Source of the DNA: Eledone cirrhosa
Lineage: Eukaryota
NCBI GenBank assembly: GCA_964016885.1
Contig: CAXHJY010000075.1
Span: 175,159 to 239,158, forward strand
Length of the DNA: 64,000 nucleotides
Direction of reading: 5' to 3'
The notes beneath the pieces are model-generated. The model saw nothing but the letters and a program-made list of their open reading frames with translations. It was not told where the DNA came from and made no database searches. The position numbers were made by a program, and so were the translations under genes. Position 1 is the first letter of the stretch. Each line of letters begins with the position of its first letter. Below are positions 1 through 9,923 of this stretch, piece after piece.

Positions 1-141
1 TTTATTCAGCTCGTAAGGATGAAAGGCAAGGTTAACCTCGGCGGGATTCGAACTCAGACCGTAAAGGAGTATAACTCTATGCTGCAAAGCATGGTGTCCG
101 ACTCTCTACCGATACTGCCAATCCACCGCCCTAAGAGACCA
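1..141 (-). mobile_element. tRNA-derived SINE, family 1 (ATT-tailed); 3' part runs off the window edge
   Basis: Minus strand reads GGCGGTGGATTGGCAGTATCGGTAGAG (A-box-like) ... GAGTTCGAATCCCGCC (B-box). About ten more copies occur in the window. Confidence 0.8.
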
Positions 142-361
142 ATAATAATAATAATGGTTTCTTATACAGGCACAAGGCCAGCAATTGTTAAATCAACACC
201 AGTGCGTGACTGGTACTATATTTTATCGACCATGTAAGGTTGAAGGGCAAAGTTAACCTAGGCGGGATTTGAACCTAGATAATAAAAGGCCGTAAATCTA
301 TGCTGCAAAGTATGGCGTCCGACTTTCTTCCGATACAGCCAATTCACCGCCCTGAGAGACC
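142..361 (-). mobile_element. tRNA-derived SINE, family 1, full length, in tandem with the previous copy
   Basis: Same head, GTTCAAATCC B-box, and tail GGCCTTGTGCCTGTATAAGAAACC(ATT)n. Confidence 0.8.
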
Positions 362-367
362 AATAAT

Positions 368-424
<57 letters not shown>
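362..424. repeat. (AAT)n microsatellite between the SINE and LINE copy A
   Basis: Read directly. Equivalent tracts lie at 6320-6343, 9888-9923, 15942-15959 and 21712-21726. Confidence 0.95.
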
Positions 425-425
<1 letters not shown>

Positions 426-668
426 TTTTCTTTATTAACCACAAGGGTTTACATAAAGTAGACATTAAGGACAGTACAGGACAATACAGGACGGTACAAA
501 TGGGCATTTCCGCGTGTAAAAAAAAACAGAGGATGAAATAAAATAACAAAGAAAAATTCCCCAATAGGGGGGAGACTTCCGAGGGACATTTGTGGAGAAA
601 GCCCATTAAAAGACCACAGTGGCCCTGACCACCAGGGCAAGTGCCCTCTCCAGTTTTCCACCTTTAAT

Positions 669-3600
669 TTACAGACACATACTCAGAGAAGGCCCATTCA
701 TTCGGGCCATACTTGCTTCTCTCACCCATCTTTCAACAAAATGCTGGGAAGAGAGCACTTCCCTCTCTACCCTGATTTTCCTTTTCAAATGAAATTTGAA
801 AAAGTTAATCAGGGCATCACCGAAGAGGTAAGTGCTCGTCTTCAGCCCTTTCAAACGTGTCCACCATACTATCTCTTTCGCCATGGCCACCAGACAGATA
901 AAAACTGCCTGCCCTTCCAGGCTAAAGGAAGGGGGCGGGGCAATCCTCACGATGGACTCAGCTGATAGCTGGATCCGTCCTACACGTGACAGCAGGTGTT
1001 CGACATAAACCCACAAGTCATCAATGCTCGGACACTGGACGAGTGCGTGCAGGACGGTTTCGTCGCCCTGTGCGCATCTCGGACATGCCCGGCTGACGGC
1101 ACCTCCATGCCTGTAAAGTTTATCCCGAACTGGCAAAGCACTCCGATAGCACTGCCAGGCCAGGGATTTCTGGAAGTTGTCCATAGGCCCCGGCCCGAAA
1201 GTCCTTCCGAAGAGATTGGCTAGTTGATTTTCGTCGACGCCTAGAGTTTCTCCAAGTACGTTGTCGCTCTTCCCCTCCACTAATCCCCTATAGAACGCCA
1301 AGGTGGAGTTTCCACCGATCACATTGCCCGATTGGTCGAGGGCTGTGAGCGCCTGAAGACATTCCAGTCTCCAAGCGCTCCCTCTCGGTCTTCGCTTGAC
1401 CCAGGACTGCAGCTCCGTCAAGGAGACGAGCTGGGGAAAAACGTGTCTAGCAAACGGCGACCACACCTGATCACCGTCGAGGAAGAGGTGGAGATGTCGT
1501 AGCCTGAGCGCGTATCTGCGCATCAACAACCACGGCATGCCCAGCCCTCCACGTAGCGGGTGTTGACAGCAGATGGACGGCCTGACCATCGGAGCGCGTC
1601 CCTTCCACAAGAAGCGAAAGAGCAAACGCTCCAGCGCAGTCAGGCGGGGCTTAGGACAAGGTACGATGGTCAGGCGATAGTAGATGACGGACGCGATGTA
1701 CGCGTTAGCCACCTCCGCTCGACCTTTCAGGGATAGCTTCCTCTCGGCCCATTTCTGGGTGAGAGAAGCCACCCTGCTCGTCACCTCGTCCCAGTTTTTG
1801 TCCGTCTGGAGGTCTGGACCGAACCAGACCCCTAGCAATTTAACCGGTCCGTCCGTCCAGCGCCCGACGACGCTGTTGGACGGCAAGGACCTGCCTCTCC
1901 AGGTGCCTAGCTGCAGGCCCACTGACTTTTCCTGGTTGATCATTACTCCTGTCACCGCTTCGTATTCTCTTAGTGTAGTGCCGATCGCCTCGATGTGTTT
2001 GGCGTTCGACACCACTACGGTGACATCGTCGGCATATACTGACACGGATCTTCCGCATCCTAGTTCGCGCGGCACCCGCCTCAACGTCTCCAGTCTGTGC
2101 AGTAATGGCTCGAGAGTCAATACGTACAATAGGGACGAGAGGGGACATCCTTGGCGGACCGAGCGCATGATGTTGAACGGTTCCGAAAGGTGACCGTTCA
2201 CTCTCACTACAGAGCAGATGTCGCTGTGCATGGCAGCGATCCAGCCTCTGAAGACGGGCCCAAAGCCAGCCGCCCTCAGGACTGCCGCTAGGTAACGATG
2301 GTCGACCCTATCGAAGGCTTTCGACTGATCTAAATTGATCAAAGACCCACCCGTGCCAGGTTCCCTAGCTACCCGCTCTACGATGTATCGCATGAGGTGG
2401 AGGTTGTCGTGAATGGATCTGTCGGGAATGGCGCATGTCTGTGCCTCTCCCACCAGACCACCAACGACAAGCGCCACCCTCTTTGCTAGCACCTTGGCCA
2501 AGATCTTGAAATCTGTGTTTAGCAGTGTTATGGGCCTAAAATTATCTATGTTATCCCCTTGTTCGGATCCTTTCTCAGCAGCGCCACCGCTCCTCGGCTC
2601 ACAGAGCTGGGAATTCTCCCGTTCTGTTGCCAGTTGCAGTAGACGTCCGCCAAGAGGCCTCCGAACAAGTTTGGCATTTGTACGTAAAGTTCATAGGGCA
2701 GACCATCTAAACCAGGCGATTTACCCCTTGTGCAACTAGTCATTGCATCCCGTACTTCAGCGGTTGTTATCGGCTTTTCGCAACACTCCGCCTCAGTGGC
2801 CGAAAGCCGCGGCAGTCCGTCGAGGTAGACACTAAAGTCCATCCCTCGAACCGGCCCGCCACTGCCCCCGAACAGTTGAGCGAAGTGTCGCTGAAAAGCT
2901 TCACACATTTGCCCGGGATCGAGTAGCATGCGCCCGTCGTGGTCCACCAAAGACCGGATCGTGGCTTTGTTGCCACGACGCGCCTCCGCCACTCGGGCCC
3001 ATTGAACGGCTTTCGTCCCCTCGTGTCTGAGAGAACGCACCCTAGCTCTGACAACGCAGCTTTCGTGCTTTGCATTGAAGAATTGGTCAAGGGCCAATTT
3101 CGCCGCAAGTACATCGGTCGCGATACCTTTGCTAAGCGCCTCGTCTAATTTTCTAACTAGTTCTCCCTCTGCTCTATTTTTCTCTATAGCTAAAGCCTTA
3201 CTAAACCTAATGGACTCTATTCTAATTGCTCTTTTCAGAGCAAACCACCACTTGTTGTTGACGATGGCCCCCGTCAACGCCCGCTTAACTAGTTCGCTAA
3301 TCCGGTCTCTGTAGGCCTTGCGCGCTGGTAAGGACGCGTTTAGCTTCCAGTAGCCGGGTCCTCGTCTATGAAGCCTATCTAAGTCAAGCACACACATCAC
3401 GAATTTGTGGTCCGTGTAGCTGACTATCTTGAATTGTGGACAGCCTATGCTAGACCTATCTATTTCCCTACAAAATACTCTATCTAGATATGATCTGGAT
3501 GACCCTATGCGATTTGTCCATATCCACATTGGTACATTCGGGAAATCCATTCGGTACCTGTCAGACAGTTCAAAACGTCTGAGCAGGTTGCTGAGACTCT

Positions 3601-4087
3601 TGCACCCTCCTTCCCTATCCACTAATCCCACACAATCCCAGCGTGCATCTAAGATCCCGTTCCAGTCGCCCACTAACACTAAAGAGCGGGACGTTCCAAG
3701 AAAGGTCTCCAGACGCCGGAAGAAATCAGGCCGCCCTGCTCCTGTCGGGGCATAGACGGCCACTAACCTGAAAGCTTGCACGTCTCCGCTGGTCACGTCC
3801 AGCACCACCAACTTACCTTCTGGGTCCAGGAAGATGGCCCGTATGGCAAGATCCAAACCTCTCCGAAAAAGCACAGCAACTCCTCCCCCCGATCCCGGAC
3901 GGCTGGGAGATGCGTACACATCGTAGCCGCCGAAGATCGGTGCGAAAGCCTGTGCTTCGGAGATTCTGGTCTCGCTGATGGCCACTACATCTATGTTTAG
4001 TGACCTAAGGTCGTTGAGCAGGTGGCCCTGCTTCTAAGACGACTCCAAGTCACGCGCATTTATGCTGCCTATTCTGAGTGAGGTCAT
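669..4087 (-). pseudogene. Copy A ORF2 (APE endonuclease-reverse transcriptase-zinc finger) with one stop and one frameshift
   Basis: ATG at 4087 (MTSLRIGSINAR) and TAG at 4034-4036 where copies C/D have Trp. APE motifs SET, VYAP, GDWN, LDR, TDH. Frameshift in a G-run at ~2555. RT motifs KSPGLDG, DQSKAFDRV, RQGCPLS, YADD, then CPRC..ETVLH..QC. Confidence 0.92.
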
Positions 4088-4121
4088 GTTGAAAAGGAGT
4101 GGAAAAGATGGGAAAGACCAC

Positions 4122-6110
4122 TTACCTTACTTCTCGTAGGGGAAGCACGGTTTTTCCATCCTTTTCACTGCTTGTGGCCTCCTCAGGAAGGATGTCCTTA
4201 TAAATCCTCCTGGAGAGTACTTGTCGGAAGTCTCCGATGTCTTTGGGGAATTTTTTTTTAGTGTCATGTACGTTTTCTGTGTGATGCGAGTGATTTGTAT
4301 GTGTGGAGGTGGTGTGAATTTTGGGGTTGTTGTGTAGTCTTTTTCTGTGATGCTGGTGTTGTGTTGGATGTAGTGTAATAGTTGCTTGTTGTTCAAATTT
4401 AATGCTGTGTAGTGTGTATCGTTTTGGTTGTTTTGTTTTGTTTGCGTTTGTTGTGGGTTTGTTTCTGTTTCGCATTTTGGTGACTTTTGTGGTGTAGGTG
4501 ATGGTGGTGTTGGGGTTAATGATGGTGATGGTGTTGGTGTTTGGGTTGAGGGGGTTGGTGATGTTGGTGTGGATGGTGGCATATCTGTCCTAACTTTTTT
4601 GTTTCTTAATTTATTTGTTTCCCTCTGTATTTTGTTTTTGGAGGGGGAAGGAAGAGAATTTTTTCTTTTTTGGTTTCTTTTTTTTTTCCGGATATCGTTT
4701 CCCACTCCTCGTCGTCACAATCTGTCTCCAGTTGTGATAGGCCGGGGAGTGGAAAATCCTCCACAGGCGTTAGTTTTGGTTGTGGCGTGGTGGATGGTGT
4801 AGGCGCTGGTGCTAGTTCTGAAGTGTTGGGTGGTGGTGGTGTTGGTTTTTCTGGTGGTGGTGGTGGTGTTGGTTTTGCTACTGTTGCTGGGGTTGTTGCT
4901 GTTATAGTTGCTTCTGTTGTTGCTGCTACAGTTGTTGCTGCCATCTCTGCTACTGGTGGTGTTGATGGTTGTGTCACTGGAGTGGGTAGGAGAGGTGGCC
5001 TCAACCTTTTAGCCTGAGGGCAGAAAGCCCTTAGGTTGGTTCCTTCACCACAAACGACACACCTAGGTCTTCTGCCCTCGACAATTACCGTGAGGTGGCT
5101 GCCGTCAGTGAGGTCTATTACCTCTGGGATCTCCTCAATGCTTTTTTGGTCCGCTTGGATCAGGAGCTCCATCCCAGATCCGGACCAGTTTTCCTGCTTA
5201 TCTTTTGCTATTGCTATTATTTTCGTGTTGGCTTCGATGCCGGCGAGGACGGCCGCTATTAGCCAGGGAATTTCGATGGCCGGTGGAACGTGGGTCACCC
5301 TGATCTTTACGAGTCTCTGGCCACAATAGCTTGGGACGAGTGTGAAGTCGTCACTTCTTAATGGGGCCATGGAGTGTTCTCTAGCCTCCTCTGGTGTTTC
5401 AAAGAACACGTCCACGGTTCCATACTTTTGCCCACGTCTGATGTGGGTTTTTCTTGCCCACACATGTCCCAAAGCTTTTTGGATTTGGGACTCGGATGCC
5501 CGTTCCACTCGGCGCGATTTTACATTTATTTTCGATACGACACTGTGCATAGGCGCCGATGCTCCATTTTATTAAGTGGGGGGGGGCTGACCCTGTACCC
5601 ATCTTTCTTTACCATTTGTCTGGCATTTTCTAAATCCTCCTGAGTTACCGTAAATGCTTCGAACTGTTTGGCTACTCTGGCGAAACTGAGGGTGGTTTTT
5701 ATTATGTCATTGTTTTTGTTGTTGCTATCGTTATTTGTGTTAATATTAATTTTAGTTTCAGTTGTGGTGGTGGTGACGTCAGTCGTCTTTGGTGGGGAAG
5801 AGTCCATTTTGCTTGATTTCATTTCGACATCACGAGTTAATTTATTTTTTTCTTCTTTTGTTTCTGTTGTCGCGGTGGTGGTGGGGGTGGTGGTTGTCGC
5901 GGTGGTGGTGGTGGTGGAGGCTTTAACACCTGCAGTCATTGGTAATGGCGGGAAATGAATGTCTGCCTGAGACAAATTTAAAATATTGCTACTGCTTATA
6001 TTTTTTGTCGTATTGGCAAACGTAGTAACATTTACAATGGTGGTGTCGGTGTGAGGTGTTAATTTGTGAGGAAGGCTTTCAGCTGCTTGGTGCAGAGGTG
6101 AATTAGCCAT
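4122..6110 (-). pseudogene. Copy A ORF1 (Thr-rich N-terminus, putative RRM-like region, zinc knuckle, Pro/Thr linker) split by about three single-base frameshifts
   Basis: Track ORFs 5526-6110, 4606-5550, 4127-4705 and 4122-4475 are collinear; the three downstream pieces match the continuous ORF1 of copy D (19549-20790). Knuckle is CVVC-x4-N-x4-C (His in copies B, C, D). Confidence 0.85.
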
Positions 6111-6584
6111 TTTTTTTCAAAGAAATTTTTTGATAATAATAAAGGTTTAAATTTTGGGCACAAGGCCCCAATCTTTTTGGGTGTCCTTTTCGGAAAACAA
6201 TGTATGTGGGCTTATATATGGTTAACAATAAACATTTTCCATAAATGGCAATTTTTAACAAACGGAAATAACAAACCTTTGCGGAGCACACGATGATACG
6301 ATTTACTACGTAGGTCGCCAATAATAATAATAATAATAATAATGTTTTCTTTATTAACCACAAGGGTTTACATAAAGTAGACATTAAGGAGAGTACAGGA
6401 CAATACAGGACGGTACAAATGGGCATTTCTGCGTGTAAAAAACAGAGGATGAAATAAAATAACGAAGAAAAATTCCCCAATAGGGGGGAGACTTCCGAGG
6501 GACATTTGTGGAGAAAGACCATTAAAAAACCACAGTGACCCTGACCACCAGGGCAAGTGCCCTCTCCAGTTTTCCACCTTTAAT

Positions 6585-9170
6585 TTACAGACACATACTC
6601 AGAGTAGGCCCATTCACTCGGGCCATACTTGTCTCTCCCAACAAAATCCATCTTTCAACAAAATGCTGGGAAGAGAGCACTTCCCTCTCTACCCTGATTT
6701 TCCTTTTCAAATGAAATTTGAAAAAGTTAATCAGGGCATCACCGAAGAGGTAAGTGCTCGTCTTCAGCCCTTTCAAACGTGTCCACCATACTATCTCTTT
6801 CGCCATGGCCACCAGACAGATAAAAACTGCCTGCCCTTCAAGGCTAAAGGAAGGGGGCGGGGCAATCCTCACGATGGACTCAGCTGACAGCTGGATCCGT
6901 CCTACACGTGACAGCAGTGGTTCGACATAAACCCACAAGTCAGCAATGCTCGGACACTGGACGAGTGCGTGCAGAACGGTTTCGTCGCCCTGCGCGCATC
7001 TCGGACATGCCCGGCTGACGGCACCTCCATTCCTGTAGAGTTTATCCCGAACTGGCAAAGTTCCCCGGTAGCACTGCCAGGCCAGGGATTTCTGGAAGTT
7101 GTCCATAGGCCCCGGCCCGAAAGTCCTTCCGAAGAGATTGGCTAGTTGATTTTCGTCGACGCCTAGAGTTTCTCCAGGTACGACGTCGCTCTTCCCCTCC
7201 ACTAACCCTCTATAGAACGCCAAGGTGGAGTTTCCACCGATCACATTGCCCGATTGGTCGAGGGCTGTGAGCGCCTGAAGACATTCCAGTCTCCAAGCGC
7301 TCCCTCTCGGTCTTCGCTTGACCCAGGACTGCAGCTCCGTCAAGGAGACGAGCTGGGGTAAGACGCGTCTAGCAAGCGGCGACCACACCTGATCACCGTT
7401 GAGGAAGAGGTGGAGATGTCGTAGCCTGAGCGCGTGTCTGCGCATCATCAGCCACGGCATTCCCAGCCCTCCACGTAGCGGGTGTTGACAGAAGATGGAC
7501 CGCCTGACCATCGGAGCGCGTCCCTTCCACAAAAATCGAAAGAGCAGACGCTCCAGCGCAGTCAGGCCGGGCTTAGAACAAGGTACGAGTGTCAGGCGGT
7601 AGTAGATGACGGACGCGATGTACGCGTTAGCCACCTCCGCTCGACCTTTCAGGGATAGCTGCCTCTCCGCCCATTTCTGGGTGAGAGAAGCCACCCTGTT
7701 CGTCACCTCGTTCCAGTTTTTGTCCGTCTGGGGGTCCGGACCGAACAAAACCCCTAGCAATTTAACCGGTCTGTCCGTCCAGCACCCGACGACGCTGTTG
7801 GACGGTATGGACCTGCCTCTCCAGGTGCCTAGCTGCAGGCCCACTGACTTTTCCTGGTTGATCATTGCTCCTGTCACCGCTTCGTATTCTCTTAGTGTAA
7901 TGCCGATCGCCTCGATATGTTTGGCGTTCGACACCACTACGGTGATATCGTCCGCATATGCTGACACGTATCTTCCGCATCCTAATTCACGCGGGACCCC
8001 CCTCAACGTCTCCAGTTTGTGCAGTAATAGCTCGAGAGTCAATACGTACAAGAGGGACGAGAGGGGACATCCTTGGCGGACTGAGCGCATGATGTTGAGC
8101 GGTTCCGAAAGGTGACCGTTCACTCTCACCACAGAACAGATGTCGCTGTGCATGGCAGCGATCCAGCCTCTGAAGACGGGCCCAAAGCCAGCCGCCCTCA
8201 GGACTGCCGCTAGGTAACGATGGTCGACCCTATCCAAAGCTTTCGACTGATCTAAATTGATCAAGGACCCACCCGTGCCAGGTTCCCTAGCTACCCGCTC
8301 TACGATGTATCGCATGAGGTGGAGGTTGTCGTGGATGGATCTGTCGGGAATGTCGCACGTCTGCGCCTCTCCCACCAGACCACCAACGAAAAGCGCCAAC
8401 CTCTTTGCTAGCACCTTGGCCAAAATCTTGAACTCTGTGTTTAGCAGAGTTATGGGCCTGAAATTATCTATGTTATCCCCCTTGTTCGGATCTTTTCTCA
8501 GCAGCGCAACAGCTCCTCGTCTCACAGAGCTGGGAATTCTCCCGTTCTGTTGCCAGTTGCAGTAGACCACCGCCAAGAGGCCTCCGAACATGTCTGGCAT
8601 TTGTACGTAAAGTTCATAGGGCAGACCATCTAAACCAGGCCATTTTCCCCTTGTGCAACCAGTCATTGCCTCCCGTACTTCAGCGGCTGTTTTCGGCTTT
8701 TCGTAACACTCCGCCTCAGTAGCCGAGTACGTTTTCTGTGTGATGCGAGTGATTTGTATGTGTGGAGGTGGTGTGAATTTTTGGGGTGTTGTGTAGTCTT
8801 TTTCTGTGATGCTGGTGTTGTGTTGGATGTAGTGTAATAATTGGTTGTTGTTCAAATTTAATGCTGTATAGTGTGTAACGTTTTGGTTGTTTTGTTTTGT
8901 TTGCGTTTGTTGTGGGTTTGTTTCTGTTTCGCTTTTTAGTGACTTTTGTGGTGGTGTTGGGGTTAATGGTGGTGATGGTGTTGGTGTTTGTGGTGATGGG
9001 GTTGGTGATGCTGGTGTGGATGGTGGCATATCTGTCCTAACTTTTTTGTTTGATAGTTTATTTGTTTCCCTCTGTATTTTGTCTTTGGAGGGGGAAGGAA
9101 GAGAATTTTTTTCTTTTTTGCTTTCTTTTTTTCTTTTTTCCTGATACCGTTTCCCACTCCTCGTCGTCAC
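6585..9170 (-). CDS. Open ORF fusing the ORF1 C-terminal region to a complete RT-zinc finger, with no endonuclease
   Basis: 861-aa track ORF with junction ...ITRITQKTY|SATEAECYEKP..., then NFRPITLLN, DQSKALDRV, RQGCPLS, YADD, CPRC..H..C. No true ATG start has been established. Confidence 0.8.
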   Translation of the reverse strand: MTTRSGKRYQEKRKKESKKEKNSLPSPSKDKIQRETNKLSNKKVRTDMPPSTPASPTPSPQTPTPSPPLTPTPPQKSLKSETETNPQQTQTKQNNQNVTHYTALNLNNNQLLHYIQHNTSITEKDYTTPQKFTPPPHIQITRITQKTYSATEAECYEKPKTAAEVREAMTGCTRGKWPGLDGLPYELYVQMPDMFGGLLAVVYCNWQQNGRIPSSVRRGAVALLRKDPNKGDNIDNFRPITLLNTEFKILAKVLAKRLALFVGGLVGEAQTCDIPDRSIHDNLHLMRYIVERVAREPGTGGSLINLDQSKALDRVDHRYLAAVLRAAGFGPVFRGWIAAMHSDICSVVRVNGHLSEPLNIMRSVRQGCPLSSLLYVLTLELLLHKLETLRGVPRELGCGRYVSAYADDITVVVSNAKHIEAIGITLREYEAVTGAMINQEKSVGLQLGTWRGRSIPSNSVVGCWTDRPVKLLGVLFGPDPQTDKNWNEVTNRVASLTQKWAERQLSLKGRAEVANAYIASVIYYRLTLVPCSKPGLTALERLLFRFLWKGRAPMVRRSIFCQHPLRGGLGMPWLMMRRHALRLRHLHLFLNGDQVWSPLARRVLPQLVSLTELQSWVKRRPRGSAWRLECLQALTALDQSGNVIGGNSTLAFYRGLVEGKSDVVPGETLGVDENQLANLFGRTFGPGPMDNFQKSLAWQCYRGTLPVRDKLYRNGGAVSRACPRCAQGDETVLHALVQCPSIADLWVYVEPLLSRVGRIQLSAESIVRIAPPPSFSLEGQAVFICLVAMAKEIVWWTRLKGLKTSTYLFGDALINFFKFHLKRKIRVEREVLSSQHFVERWILLGETSMARVNGPTLSMCL

Positions 9171-9669
9171 AATCTGTCTCCAGTTGTGATAGGTCGGGTA
9201 GTGGAAAATCCTCCACAGGCGTTGGTTTTGGTTGTGGCGTGGTGGATGGTGTAGGCGCTGATGCTACTTCTGGCGCGTTGGGTGGTGGTGTTGGTTTTGC
9301 TACTGTTGCTGGGGTTGTTGCTGTTACAGCCGCTTCTGTTGTTGCTGCTACAGTTGTTGCTGCCATCTTTGCTGCTGGTGGTGTTGATGGTTGAGTCACT
9401 GGGGTGGGTAAGAGAGGTGGCCTCAACCTTTTAGCCTGAGGGCAGAAAGCCCTTAGGTGGGTTCCTTCACCACAAACGACACACCTAGGCCTTCTGCCCT
9501 CGACGATTACGGTGAGGTGGCTGCCGTCAGTGAGGTCTATTACCTCTGGGATCTCCTCGGTGCTTTTTTGGTCCGCTTGGATCAGGATCTCCATCCCAGA
9601 TCCGGACAATGGTGGTTTCGGTGTGAGATGATAGTTTGTGAGGAAGGCGTTCAGCTGTGAGTCGGCCAT
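9058..9669 (-). CDS. Copy B shortened ORF1 (start fused to the CCHC knuckle region)
   Basis: ATG at the position homologous to A 6110; CVVCGEGTHLRAFC knuckle. Confidence 0.7.
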   Translation of the reverse strand: MADSQLNAFLTNYHLTPKPPLSGSGMEILIQADQKSTEEIPEVIDLTDGSHLTVIVEGRRPRCVVCGEGTHLRAFCPQAKRLRPPLLPTPVTQPSTPPAAKMAATTVAATTEAAVTATTPATVAKPTPPPNAPEVASAPTPSTTPQPKPTPVEDFPLPDLSQLETDCDDEEWETVSGKKKKRKQKRKKFSSFPLQRQNTEGNK

Positions 9670-9887
9670 GATTTTTCAAAGAAATTTTTTCTTTTGTTTG
9701 ATAATTATAAAAGTTTAAATTTTGGGCTCAAGGCCCCAATCTTTTTGAGTGTCCTTTTCAGAAAACAATGTATGTGCACTTATATACAGTTAACAATAAA
9801 ATGTTTCCATATATGGCAATTTTAAACAACTGAAAATAACAAACCTTTGCGGAGCTCACGATAATACGATTTACTATGTAGGTCGCC

Positions 9888-9923
<36 letters not shown>

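Larger units (their letters stand above)
425..6319 (-). mobile_element. L1/Tx1-clade non-LTR retrotransposon copy A, full length, mildly disrupted
   Basis: 5' UTR, ORF1 with zinc knuckle, ORF2 with APE endonuclease + RT + C-terminal CxxC..H..C finger, and a 3' UTR ending AATAAAGAAAAC(ATT)n. Confidence 0.93.
6344..9887 (-). mobile_element. L1/Tx1-clade copy B, internally deleted twice, both termini intact
   Basis: Near-identical to A at both ends. Junction at 8726/8727 removes A 2804-4267; junction at ~9607 removes A 5186-6035. Confidence 0.92.

Noticed and set aside
1-361. tRNA genes
   Set aside because: A/B boxes are present but there is no intact cloverleaf. They are multi-copy with body and tail, so SINEs.
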